From: an uncultured Acidobacteriota bacterium
GTDB taxonomy: Bacteria; Acidobacteriota; Terriglobia; UBA7540
Assembly (NCBI GenBank): GCA_963804995.1
Contig: CAWDSK010000005.1
Coordinates: 384,001-448,000, forward strand
Direction of reading: 5' to 3'
DNA length: 64,000 nucleotides
Positions 9,662 to 19,900 of the stretch are shown one piece after another (the first letter of the stretch is position 1; the number at the start of each line of letters is the position of its first letter). The translations under genes and the position numbers were made by a program. Under the pieces are notes generated by a model. It was not told the origin of the DNA, ran no database searches, and saw nothing but the letters and a program-made list of their open reading frames with translations.

Positions 9662-9829
9662 TCCTGCCCGTGCTCGAGCATGGCCGGGACGGCCATGGCA
9701 CTCCAGGTCACGGCCAGGATGGCCGTGGTCTGGAGTTTCTACATTTAGGTCTGGCAAAGTAAGATTTCTATTGACAGACCTCCCTGATTTCCGTTACCTT
9801 CCTCCTGAGTCCTGGCTCCGGAGGTTAAC

Positions 9830-10165
9830 TTGCCTGACGATCTCAAGGATTCCATTCTTTCGATATTCGAGGCCTCACTGGATGCCCAGTTGCGGGCGGT
9901 TCGCCGTCTCCGCGGCGGTTCCCCAGCCCCCGCCCCGAGGCCGCGCCGCACAGGTCTGTCCCAAGTGGACATGGCGTACGACATACTCAAGAAGGCCCGT
10001 ACCCCCTTGCACATTTCCGAACTCCTGGCGCGCCTCCGCGCCGCCTTCTACGTCACCGTCGATCGCGAGAGCCTGGTCTCTTCGCTGACCAAAAAAGTCG
10101 CCCGCGGCGATCGCTTCCTGCGTACCGGGAAGAACACTTTCGGCTTACGTCCGGAGGCCCGATGA
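9830..10165 (+). CDS. IS accessory winged-HTH protein (HARE-HTH-like)
   Basis: SQVDMAYDILKK...PLHISELL...DRFLRTGKNTFGLR; GGAGG RBS; ATGA overlap with the transposase. Confidence 0.7.
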   Translation: MPDDLKDSILSIFEASLDAQLRAVRRLRGGSPAPAPRPRRTGLSQVDMAYDILKKARTPLHISELLARLRAAFYVTVDRESLVSSLTKKVARGDRFLRTGKNTFGLRPEAR

Positions 10166-11541
10166 CTCTGTTCGCCGCCTGGTCGGAGATCGTGGCGGAC
10201 TGGGCCCCCACTTTTCCCCAGCAGCGCACCCTGCAGCGCGCCGTGCGCCAGGCCCTGGGCGCCTTGGTCTGCGTGGGTCGACGCTGTCTTTCGCGTATCC
10301 TCTGGACCCAGGGCCGCCAGCAGCGCAGTTGGTCGAGCGAATACTTTCTCCACTCGCGTTGTCACTGGGAACCGCAGACGTTGTTTGCCGGCGTCTGGCG
10401 CCGCGCCTTGCCCTATTGTCCCGGCCGCCTGGTGGGCGTGGCCGTCGACGACACCCGCCTGCGCAAGACCGGCCGCGCCATTCCCCAGGCGCGTTATCAC
10501 CGCGATCCCCTCTCGCCCCCCTTTCATGTCAACCTCCTGCGCGGCGTGCGCTTTCTGCAAGCTTCCCTGCTGCTGCCCCTGCATCGGCACGCCCCCGCCA
10601 GCTGCCGCGCTCTGCCCGTGCGCTTTGAAGAGGCGGCGCCGCTGAAAAAGCCCTCCCGCAAGGCGAAAGAGGAAGCCTGGCAGGAATATAAAAGGATGCG
10701 CAAGCTCCACAACCTCTCGCAGCGTTTTGTGCAGAGCGTGGCCCCCTTGCGCCAGGCGCTGGATGCGGCCGGGGGTGGGGCCAAGCTGCTGGTGCTGGCT
10801 CTGGATGGCAGCTTCTGCAACCGCACCTGTCTGCGCGCCCCCCGCGATCGCACCGAGTTGATCGCCCGCGCCCGCAAGGATGCGCGCCTCGGCTTTCGCG
10901 CTCCCCAGCCTTCTCGCCGCTTTTACGCCCTCTCCACCTTTACCCCCGAACAGGTCCGGCAGGACGAGTCCCACCTCTGGCAGCAAACCAAGCTCTTCTA
11001 CGGAGGCAAGCGCCGCCGCCTCCGTTATAAAGAGGTGTCGCAAGTCTACTGGCGTCGGGGCGCCGGCCAGATCCCCCTGCGGCTCTTCGTCGTGGCTCCT
11101 ACCCCCTATCGCAAACGGAAGAGCTCCAGACTCTACTACCGTCAACCGGCCTACCTGCTGACCACCGACCTGCGGCACTCTGCCCCTCAGTTGCTGCAAA
11201 TCTACTTCGACCGCTGGCAGATCGAAGTCAACCACCGCGACGAGAAGGAGACGCTGGGTGTCGGACAAGCCCAGTTATGGAACGTTAACGCCGTGCCCAA
11301 GCAACCTGCCCTGGTCGTGGCCGCCTACAGCGCGCTGCTCCTGGCTTCTCTCCAAGCCTTCGGCACCGAGCGTGGCACGGCCTATCAGGCTCTGCCCCGG
11401 TGGCGACGCAAGGCCCACCGCCCTTCCTGCCTCAACCTCGTCACCCTGCTGCGCCAAGAAATGGTCGACCACCCGGAATGTCCCCAATCTCTGGGCTTCC
11501 AACTCACCGACCGCGCCCTCACCCACGCCGCTGATGCATAA
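10162..11541 (+). CDS. DDE transposase
   Basis: VAVDDTRLRKTG, LDGSF, YFDRWQIEVNHRDEK (Y-x2-R-x3-E-x6-K signature). Confidence 0.9.
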   Translation: MTLFAAWSEIVADWAPTFPQQRTLQRAVRQALGALVCVGRRCLSRILWTQGRQQRSWSSEYFLHSRCHWEPQTLFAGVWRRALPYCPGRLVGVAVDDTRLRKTGRAIPQARYHRDPLSPPFHVNLLRGVRFLQASLLLPLHRHAPASCRALPVRFEEAAPLKKPSRKAKEEAWQEYKRMRKLHNLSQRFVQSVAPLRQALDAAGGGAKLLVLALDGSFCNRTCLRAPRDRTELIARARKDARLGFRAPQPSRRFYALSTFTPEQVRQDESHLWQQTKLFYGGKRRRLRYKEVSQVYWRRGAGQIPLRLFVVAPTPYRKRKSSRLYYRQPAYLLTTDLRHSAPQLLQIYFDRWQIEVNHRDEKETLGVGQAQLWNVNAVPKQPALVVAAYSALLLASLQAFGTERGTAYQALPRWRRKAHRPSCLNLVTLLRQEMVDHPECPQSLGFQLTDRALTHAADA

Positions 11542-11591
11542 TAAATGTAGAAACTCCAGGTCACGGCCAGGATGGCCGTGGCACGTCTCGC

Positions 11592-13589
11592 TCATGCCAA
11601 ACTCTCAACCATCGAGTAAATCTGCTGCTCGGTGAAACCTTCCAGCTCCGCGCTCTTCGAGGGGCACACCGCCACACAGGTGCCGCATCCCATGCACAGT
11701 CCGGGATTCACGCGGGCCGTCTTCTTTACCAACACGCCGCGCGGGGTACGAACTTCCGCCTGCTCGATGGCGTGATAAGGGCAGGTGCGGTAGCACGTGA
11801 AACAGGCGGCGCAGGTCTGTTCGTTGATCTGGGCTATTTCAGGCTCGCGCGTCAACTCTTCAGCGGCGAAGAGGATTTGCGTTTTGGCGGCAGCGGCGGA
11901 GGCTTGCGCGACGGCCTCCGGAATGTCCTTGGGACTGTGGCACGCACCGCAAATAAACACGCCCGCCGCATTGGTCTCTACCGGACGCAGCTTCGGGTGC
12001 GACTCCAGCAAAAAGCCGTGCTCGTCATATCCCACGTTCAACATGCGGGCAAGGTCAGTGACCCCCGGCGAGGGGCGCATGGCCGCGGCCAGCACCACCA
12101 GGTCAGCCTCAATTGTCACTGGCGTTCCCGCCAGCGTATCCGCGCCGCGCACGATGAGCTTGCCGTTCTGCTCGGTGATTTTTGACACACGGCCTCGATA
12201 ATACTTGGCGCCGTCCTGCTCGATGGCGCGGCGGACAAACTCCTCGTATCCCTTTCCACCAGAGCGGATGTCCATGTAAAAGACGTGCGCCTGGCCGTCA
12301 TGCACTTTGTGTTTGTAAAGCATGGTGTGCTTGGCGGTGTACATGCAGCAGATCTTCGAGCAATAGGACATGCCCTTGGCGGTGTCGCGCGACCCCACGC
12401 AACTGATGAACACTACGTTTTTCGGCTCTTTCCCGTCCGACGGCCGCTTGATCACGCCGTTCGTAGGGCCTGACGCCGAAACCAGCCGCTCAAATTGCAA
12501 GGAGTCGATAACGTCCTTGTATTTGCCATAACCGTATTCGCCGTAGCCCGCCAGCTTTCCGGTCTGCTGCTTGCCGATGTCGTAAAGCTGATAGCCCGTG
12601 GCCATCACGATGGCGCCCACCTTTTCTTCCACAATCTTGTCGGTGTCCTGGAAGTTGATGGCTCCCGCCTGGCATTTCTTGGCGCACAGGCCACAGCCGT
12701 TGCGGATCAGCTTGGCACAGGTTTTACTATCAATTACGGGGCGCGCCGGCACCGCTTGCGGAAAGGGAACGTAAATCGCCGGGCGCATACCCATCTTATA
12801 GTCGAACTCGCTGGGATTGCGCTTCAGCGGGCACACATTCCAGCACTCGCCGCAGCCCGTACACTTGGAGATATCGACGTATCGGGCTTTTTGCCTGATT
12901 TTCACCGTGAAGTTGCCGACAAAGCCCTCCACGGATTCAACCTCTGAATAGGTGTTCAGGGATATTCGGGGGTGTTGCGCCGTATCCACCATGCGCGGGG
13001 TCAAAATGCATTGCGAACAATCGAGGGTGGGAAAAGTTTCCGAGAGCCCCGCCATCTTGCCGCCGATCGAGGGTTCGCGCTCAACCATCACCACTTCGTA
13101 GCCCGCGTCGGCAATGTCAAGTGCCGCCTGGATTCCCGCCACTCCCCCGCCAATCACCATCGCGCGCCGCGTAACTGGAACGCGGATGGCCTTTAGCGCG
13201 TGATTCTGCCGCACTTTCTCAACCGACATGCGGATGATCTCCGCGGCCTTGGCAGTGGCCTGGCTGCGGTCGTGATGGACCCACGAGCAATGCTCACGGA
13301 TGTTGGCCATCTCTACCAGGTAGGGATTGAGTCCGGCTCTCTCGGCCGTCTTGCGGAAGGTCTTCAGATGCATGTGCGGCGAACAGGAGGCCACCACCAC
13401 CGCGTCCAATTTCTCTGACGCTATCTTCTCGCGGATCATCGCCTGGCCCGGATCCGAGCACATATACTTGTAATGCACGGAGCAGCGGACGCCCGGGATT
13501 TTGGCCGCGGCGTTCGCGACTTCCGCCACGTCGACCGTGCGCGCGATGTTCTCACCACACCAGCAGACGAAGACCCCAATCCTCAACAT
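11592..13589 (-). CDS. hdrA: Heterodisulfide reductase subunit A
   Basis: IGVFVCWCGENI, VASCSP, ANIREHCSWVH, GGGVAG, TFPTLDCSQCIL, CVGSRD...YCSKICCMY, FYMDIR, HPKLRPVET, ferredoxin motifs. Confidence 0.95.
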   Translation of the reverse strand: MLRIGVFVCWCGENIARTVDVAEVANAAAKIPGVRCSVHYKYMCSDPGQAMIREKIASEKLDAVVVASCSPHMHLKTFRKTAERAGLNPYLVEMANIREHCSWVHHDRSQATAKAAEIIRMSVEKVRQNHALKAIRVPVTRRAMVIGGGVAGIQAALDIADAGYEVVMVEREPSIGGKMAGLSETFPTLDCSQCILTPRMVDTAQHPRISLNTYSEVESVEGFVGNFTVKIRQKARYVDISKCTGCGECWNVCPLKRNPSEFDYKMGMRPAIYVPFPQAVPARPVIDSKTCAKLIRNGCGLCAKKCQAGAINFQDTDKIVEEKVGAIVMATGYQLYDIGKQQTGKLAGYGEYGYGKYKDVIDSLQFERLVSASGPTNGVIKRPSDGKEPKNVVFISCVGSRDTAKGMSYCSKICCMYTAKHTMLYKHKVHDGQAHVFYMDIRSGGKGYEEFVRRAIEQDGAKYYRGRVSKITEQNGKLIVRGADTLAGTPVTIEADLVVLAAAMRPSPGVTDLARMLNVGYDEHGFLLESHPKLRPVETNAAGVFICGACHSPKDIPEAVAQASAAAAKTQILFAAEELTREPEIAQINEQTCAACFTCYRTCPYHAIEQAEVRTPRGVLVKKTARVNPGLCMGCGTCVAVCPSKSAELEGFTEQQIYSMVESLA

Positions 13590-13594
13590 AGTCG

Positions 13595-14437
13595 TTACGC
13601 TTTCTTCACAAAGTGCCGGTCGATCCCCAGTTCTACCGCGCTGAGACCCATGGCCAGCCCTACCAGGTCAGTCAGGTAATACACGGGCAAACCATAACGT
13701 TCGGCGGAGTGCCGTTCGATGTCGCCCTGCTTCATATCCAGGTTCACGTGGCACATGGGGCAGGCCGTCACCAGGCAGTTGGCTCCGTGCTGTTGGGCAT
13801 CCGCCAGGATGCGCTGGCTCAAATCCAAGACTGTCTCTTCCCGCGCCATGGTCATGCCGGCACCGCAACACTCAGTGCGATAATTCCAGTCGACGGGCTT
13901 GGCCCCCAACACTGCCACGATAGCTTCCATGGAACTGGGTTGCTCGGGATCGTCGAACTCCACCACGTCCGGTGGGCGCGTGAGCAGGCAGCCGTAGTAG
14001 CACGCTGGTTTGAGGTCGGCGAGCGGATTCTTTACGGCCGGCTTGATGCGGTCAAGTCCAATACGTTGGAAAACCTGGAGGAGGTTCAGCACCTTGACGC
14101 GGCCATTGACATCTGCTTCGATGACCGAGGAGATTTCCCGGCGTAAACTGGCATCCTTATCCATCAGCTTGGCTGCCTTCAGCAACTGCATCGAGCACAT
14201 GGGGCAGGGAGCAAGCAGTTCCTCAAACCCTTGCTGCTCGGCTAGCGCCAGGTTGCGGGCGGGGAGGGCGATTGAAAGCTTGTGGTTCAGCGCGTGGGCC
14301 GCGGTGGCGCCACAACAAATCCACTCTTTGATTTCCTGTGGTTCAACCTCCAGCTTGGCGAGGCACGCCCGCAGCGATTGCTCATAGTCATTGGAGGAGC
14401 CATGCAGCGCACATCCGGGATAATAGGCCAGCCTCAT
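13595..14437 (-). CDS. hdrB: Heterodisulfide reductase subunit B
   Basis: YYPGCALH, two CCG domains (WICCG...PCPMC; ECCG...ACPMCHVNLD), YYGCLLTRP. Confidence 0.92.
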   Translation of the reverse strand: MRLAYYPGCALHGSSNDYEQSLRACLAKLEVEPQEIKEWICCGATAAHALNHKLSIALPARNLALAEQQGFEELLAPCPMCSMQLLKAAKLMDKDASLRREISSVIEADVNGRVKVLNLLQVFQRIGLDRIKPAVKNPLADLKPACYYGCLLTRPPDVVEFDDPEQPSSMEAIVAVLGAKPVDWNYRTECCGAGMTMAREETVLDLSQRILADAQQHGANCLVTACPMCHVNLDMKQGDIERHSAERYGLPVYYLTDLVGLAMGLSAVELGIDRHFVKKA

Positions 14438-14443
14438 GCGTTT

Positions 14444-15214
14444 TTACCGTCCGCCCTTGCGGCCCAGAGCTACGCTCACACCGAGGGGGGTATCCACAGC
14501 CTCCGGGCGGGGGGTCGCGCAACGCTCGAAGATTCGGCGCACGACGGCGCGGTCCTTAACCTTTTCACCGCGCAGGTGCAGCTTGTGGCGCTTCTGCAAC
14601 TCCGGCGCCAAGCCCGCATCCTTGAACAGGAATCGCAAGCTGCGTTCGGAGGGTAGCGCCCGAAGCTTGAATTCCGCGATCAGCTCAATTTCATCCAATC
14701 GGCCATTGCGCCGGATGTTATTAAGGAACGCCTGTTGGAACGCCACAATGCTCTTTTGCGCAGGTGAAGAAATGCCTTGCCGGAGTGAGCCTTCGCGCAA
14801 GGCGTCCATGATGCCGGCGCAATCGACGGATTGGGGGCAGCGCGTCGAGCAAGTCTGGCAGGATACGCACGTCCAAATTGTGTCTGAGGCCATCGCCTTC
14901 TCGAAGTTGCCGAGTTGGAGGGCGCGCACGACCTGGTTGGGCGGCATGTCCACGCCGACGGCCACAGGGCAGCCTGCCGTGCATTTGCCGCACTGGTAGC
15001 AATCCTTCCAATGCATCGGGGCGAGGCTTTCGATTAGTACTGGGTCGAAGCAGTTTTCAGGGGCCGAAGGTTCCACAGGGTCCGTAGTTTCTGCAGGAGT
15101 CACGAAGGCAGGCGCAATGTGGGGTACAACACTCAAGCCAATCGTGATCGTCCGTACAGGCAATTGTGGCACCAGCGGCGACAGATGTCGAGAGACAGAA
15201 GGTCTTAGCGCCAT
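14444..15214 (-). CDS. hdrC: Heterodisulfide reductase subunit C (true start probably downstream of the ORF start)
   Basis: CYQCGKCTAGCP, IWTCVSCQTCSTRCP, GRLDE. Confidence 0.9.
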   Translation of the reverse strand: MALRPSVSRHLSPLVPQLPVRTITIGLSVVPHIAPAFVTPAETTDPVEPSAPENCFDPVLIESLAPMHWKDCYQCGKCTAGCPVAVGVDMPPNQVVRALQLGNFEKAMASDTIWTCVSCQTCSTRCPQSVDCAGIMDALREGSLRQGISSPAQKSIVAFQQAFLNNIRRNGRLDEIELIAEFKLRALPSERSLRFLFKDAGLAPELQKRHKLHLRGEKVKDRAVVRRIFERCATPRPEAVDTPLGVSVALGRKGGR

Positions 15215-15577
15215 AAGGTCACAGTGTCAGGTTGTCATTGCCCTGATTCACTCCGGCGCCTTCCCGAATCGGCCGGCCACCGCGCTCCGGCCAACCGCTC
15301 CAGCCCAGCTTTTTCCCGTCCATACAAGCCGACAAAAAGCCTCATCGCCCCATTTTTTTTGAACAGCTAGCCACCATATGGTATAAGGTGGATTAGCTAT
15401 CACAAGATGTAGTATGCCTGTGAATTCCGATCAAGCCGCAACTTGACTTGGGCCAACCCCAGATATATCCTGTGGACACTAATGTTTAGGGACAATTAAG
15501 CGACGATTGCACACAGGCAGGGCGTCTAAGGTTGGCGCAGCGGCTGATCTTCTAAGAGGGCGGGTAGAAGATGTTGC

Positions 15578-16597
15578 GTGCCCCCAAGTCCGCTGCGTTT
15601 CGGGCCACTAGAAGCCCGGTGGAGAGTTGAGGACTTTCTCCCCGGTGGGAGGCTGGCTGTGCCACGATCGATTTGGACCAACATTGCGCTTTCTGCGGCC
15701 GTCGTCGGAGTCATCATCTGGCAAGTTCCCGTGGTGGGATTGCGAGTGGCGTTTCGCAGCATGGAGGTCGGCAGCCTGTCGCTGGCGATCTTCTACTTTC
15801 TCATCCTGCTTTTCGTGCGCGCCTACAAATGGCATCGCCTGGTGGAGGCCGTGGGCAAGGTCCACGTCCGCCAGTCGCTGCGCGCTCTCTTTGGAGGCTT
15901 CGCGTTGGGCCTCGTCACGCCCGGCCGGGTGGGAGAGCTGGGGCGCTGCGTTTTCGTGCGAGAAGAGGATCGCGCCCAGGTTGCGCTCCTGACGCTGGTC
16001 GGGGTGAGTTTGTTCTACCTGGCGCCCCATCCCGCGGCCGTATTCGGGTTGGCGGTATGGCTGGCTTTTCTCCCCGTGGTGGCGGGCTTTCCACGTCTGT
16101 TGGCGCACGTCTCCGGGCTGATGAGGAGATTCCCGTACTTTCGCGGACATCTTCCGGAAGCTGGCGCCCGCCTTCCGCAAATTCAATCTCTGCGTTTCGC
16201 CGCACTGGCCGTGTGCGCCACGGGGGCGGAACTGGCCTCTTTCTTCTTCCTCCTGCGGGCCTTCTTCCCAGCCGGATTTTCCACCGCCGTCTCAACCTAC
16301 CCTTACATTGTTCTGGCCGGAGACATGCCCGTGTCGTTCAGCGGCATGGGTGTCCGCGAGGGTGCCGCCGCGCTTTTGCTTTCCCCTTACGCGGTGCCCG
16401 CCGGGGCCGCCATCGATACCACTCTGCTCTGGTTTGTCTTCGCGATTCTTCTGCCCGCCGCGCTCGGCACGGCCTGGCTGATTACGGAATGGGCCAAGTC
16501 CCGCATCCGGCGCACCGACGTATTGGTCCGCGTGCGTGAGTCCACAAGGAATTTCGGGGAGTCGCCTGCCCCGGACAGCCTCCGCTCCGAATCCTGA
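15578..16597 (+). CDS. Lysylphosphatidylglycerol-synthase-TM (UPF0104, flippase-like) membrane protein
   Basis: RAYKW, LVTPGRVGELGR, PVSFSGMGVREG, several TM segments; start uncertain. Confidence 0.75.
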   Translation: MPPSPLRFGPLEARWRVEDFLPGGRLAVPRSIWTNIALSAAVVGVIIWQVPVVGLRVAFRSMEVGSLSLAIFYFLILLFVRAYKWHRLVEAVGKVHVRQSLRALFGGFALGLVTPGRVGELGRCVFVREEDRAQVALLTLVGVSLFYLAPHPAAVFGLAVWLAFLPVVAGFPRLLAHVSGLMRRFPYFRGHLPEAGARLPQIQSLRFAALAVCATGAELASFFFLLRAFFPAGFSTAVSTYPYIVLAGDMPVSFSGMGVREGAAALLLSPYAVPAGAAIDTTLLWFVFAILLPAALGTAWLITEWAKSRIRRTDVLVRVRESTRNFGESPAPDSLRSES

Positions 16598-16938
16598 AAC
16601 TGCTTGGCCCTCTCCAAGAGAGTTTGTGTGACAACACAGGCCCAAATTTCGTAGTGCCCGTATTCCCGGCAACCATTCATGATATCCTTTCCAGCCTGCT
16701 GTTGGCTGCAAGAGGATTCTGTTGATGGAAGGAATCGGGATTTCTTCCGAACCATTCCTTACTCATTGACTTATCCCACTGCCCGCGAGATAAAGGGCGC
16801 CAATCCTAGGGGGCACTCTTTCTCGTTTTCGAGTGAGCGGACCCCTCGGAGGATACCAAGCGGCAGCCCCACGCAAGACTGTTGAGACTGCCGGCACGTG
16901 ATCAACGGTGTAAAATCCTGAATCTGAATTCTGGTCTA

Positions 16939-19900
16939 ATGTCCAATCGGAACAAGTTTTTCAATTTGTTCGCACTCATCATCGGAATAGCGATGGTGCG
17001 GGTGGCGCTGGCGGGGAATCAAACGCTGGCAACCTGGACGGGAACCTTGACTGAAGCGAATGGCACCCCTGTCGCCCAGGCAGAGGTCAAGTTGCGTGAG
17101 GTCCACTCCGATAGCAGTCGGCAGTCGGTTTCCGACGCGCGCGGCGTATTCGTCTTCACTGATCTTCCTGCGGGTGAATACTCCGTGTCGGTTCGTTGGA
17201 AGGGCCGAACCCTGACGGCCGCGGAGCCCTTGAAAATCAGTCAGGGCCAGATCCTCAACATCCGGCTCCAATTCGGAGCACGGGGTGTCGAGATCGTCGC
17301 CCCCCGGGCTGCCGGGGAGACGGCGAAGCAAGCTACGGGTGGAGAGGTGCTTTCCAGCCAGGAGGTCGCCGGTCTTCCGCTCAACAAACGCGACTTCAGT
17401 CAACTGCTTCTACTTGCCGCCGGTACCATGACCGACACTAATGGCGCCGCCAATTTCACCCAACAATTTGCCGTAAATGGCCAGCGCGGTACGACCGGGG
17501 TTTTTGCCACGGACGGCATCGATACCACGGACCCGGAGATGGGCGGAGCTACCTTCTCAAACTTCAATGTGGACGCGATTCAGGAAATCAAGTCGAGTTC
17601 CGGTGTTATGCCGGCGGAGATTGGCCACGGCGCCGCTGGCTTCACCAATGTGATTACCAAATCCGGCGGCGACCAGGTGCATGGATCGGTATTTGAATTC
17701 GTGCGCAATGCCGCCTTCGATGCCCGGAACTTCTTTGACCGCCGGAATATCGCGAATCCGGGGCGGATACCACCCTTCGCGCGCAATGAATTTGGATTTA
17801 CGAATGGCGGGCCCCTGATTCTTCCCGGGATTTATGACGGCCGGCGCCGGACGTACTACTTCGGTCAATACCAGGGCTTCCGCCAGGTTTTGGGAACCAC
17901 GCAAGTCCTATCGGTACCGACGGTCGCGGAGCGCCAGGGCCTGGACAAGACAGCTTTTGCGGGTGATACCTTAAGGGTTCCGGTGAATCCCCAGATTGCC
18001 TCCGTCTTAGCGGCTTACCCCTTGCCGAACGATCCGGTGGGAGCTTACGGCGCCCGCACCTACGCCACTTCCGCCAAGGTCGCAACCGATACCGATCAAT
18101 TTTCGCTGCGCATCGATCATCGGATATCCGACCACGCCACGTTCTTCGCCCGTTTCAACTTCAGCAACGTTACGGGGCCGCTCACGAACCCCAACCAGAC
18201 GGCCATTGATCCCAGTTTCGCCATTCGCTTTGTGGACCACCAGCGGAATGCCGGAATGACCTACACCCGCACCTCATCTCCGAACTTCAACTGGGAGTTT
18301 TCTTTGGGATTCATTCGGGCCACTCCGTTCTTCCCCTCGATCAACCACGCCCAGCCGGCCCTCGCGTTCGGCGACGGCCTTTATGAACCCTTCAACTCCG
18401 CGGACGGCTCGGTAATCGGCGCTTTCGGGAATCTCTTCCAGGAAAGGCAGAACTTCACTTATCTGCACGGACCCCACACCTTTAAGTGGGGCTGGGAATT
18501 TCGCCAGAATCGCGATGCCACGGTCTTCGGCACGAATCCCAACGGCCTCTACACCTTTGGCGGCGGCCCAGCTTACGCTCCCGTGGCGATTCCCTCCGCC
18601 AGCGGCCAGCACGACATCCAGGTTGGAGATTTGCTTCCCGATGCTCTGACGGGCTTACTCACGGCCACGCCCTTCGCTTATATGATCTCGGTGGCCTCGC
18701 CCGAAGCGGCGACGGGGGATCGGTTCAACGAGGCCGCACTCCACCGCCAGGCCTATAACTTCTATTTTCAGGACACGTGGAAGGTCTCTCCCCGTCTCCA
18801 GGTGGATTATGGTTTGCGGTATGAATACAGCTCACGATTTAACGAGCCCAAGGGTCGGACTTCGGGGCCGGTCTTCCTAGGGCCAGATGGAACCCGGGCC
18901 CGTTACTGGGACCCGGGCGCCTATCAGCAGTTCCTGGTCAGACCGGAACCCTCCTACCGTGACGATTGGCGCGGGTGGGGGCCGCGGCTATCCGTCCAGA
19001 TGCGGCAAAGTGAGCACACCGTCTGGCATGCGGGAGCCGCCATCACCACGCGCCTGCCCAACCTTTTTCAGGAGGATTTCGAAACCGGTGGCGCTCCCTT
19101 CATGATTCAGCCTACTCTTACCGCCAAGCCGGGAGTTTCCGTTCCCTTTCAAAACGCGGTGACCCATTTCAATCTACCGATACCCTACACCCCCTCGGGA
19201 CAACCGGTATTTCCGACCAGCCGCACCACGGACGTTCCGCCCAACACGGTGATGGACCTCCAGCGTTATGATACCGACTTGGCAGCCGCGACGCCCGGTC
19301 ACGAGATACAGCCTCTCTCCATCTTCGGAATGATGGGGGACTTTGCCGATGGTTACATTGAAAGCTACACGGCCGGAGTGGACCAGGATTGGGGTGACGT
19401 CAAGTTCAGTGCTGCTTATGTGGCCACCATGGGTGTGCGGTTGCCCAGCATTGCTTATCCGAACGCTTATACGGGCGCAGACGCGGGGTTCGCACGGTTT
19501 ACGAGCTTCGACCCCGCGGGGAACATCATGGGAGGATTTGGCCCCGAGGCCTTAATGAGCAGCCGGTCGCACTCCACGTATCACGGCCTGCAGGTGGGCG
19601 TGGAGAAGACCTCCGCCCGGCTCGGTTTGGGATTTCAGGCGAGCTACACCCTCAGTAAGTCCCTCGACGACACCAGCGCTACCTTGGGAGGTTTCCTCGG
19701 CTCCTCGGGGACGTTGTTGCAAGCGAGTCCCCAAAACCCCTGGAACCCTGGGGCGGAGAAAGGTCCCTCGACGTTCGACACCACCCACGTTTTTACCCTC
19801 AGCTTGATCCAGACACTGCCCTTTAATCGTATCGCCGCGTTCCGCCCACTGGGCCCCAAGCTGATCAATGGGTGGCAATTCTTAAACATCACGACGCTCA

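Larger units (their letters stand above)
9730..11559 (+). mobile_element. Insertion sequence (DDE, IS4/IS701-like) with accessory HTH gene
   Basis: Perfect 18-bp terminal IRs CTGGAGTTTCTACATTTA (9730-9747, 11542-11559); 22-bp direct repeat at 9707-9728 and 11560-11581. Confidence 0.9.

Noticed and set aside
10048..11268. Long antisense or alternative-frame ORFs (also 6366-7364, 26072-27319, 26685-27902, 37008-38549, 55060-56001)
   Set aside because: They overlap well-supported genes, show no recognisable motifs and are expected in GC-rich DNA
8160..13589. Selenocysteine recoding in HdrA or the MvhD domain
   Set aside because: Both ORFs are uninterrupted, with Cys at the motif positions and no in-frame TGA
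15385..15436. FNR/Rex-like boxes upstream of hdrC
   Set aside because: Only half-sites (TTGAT, TCACA, TTGTGAT) with wrong spacing
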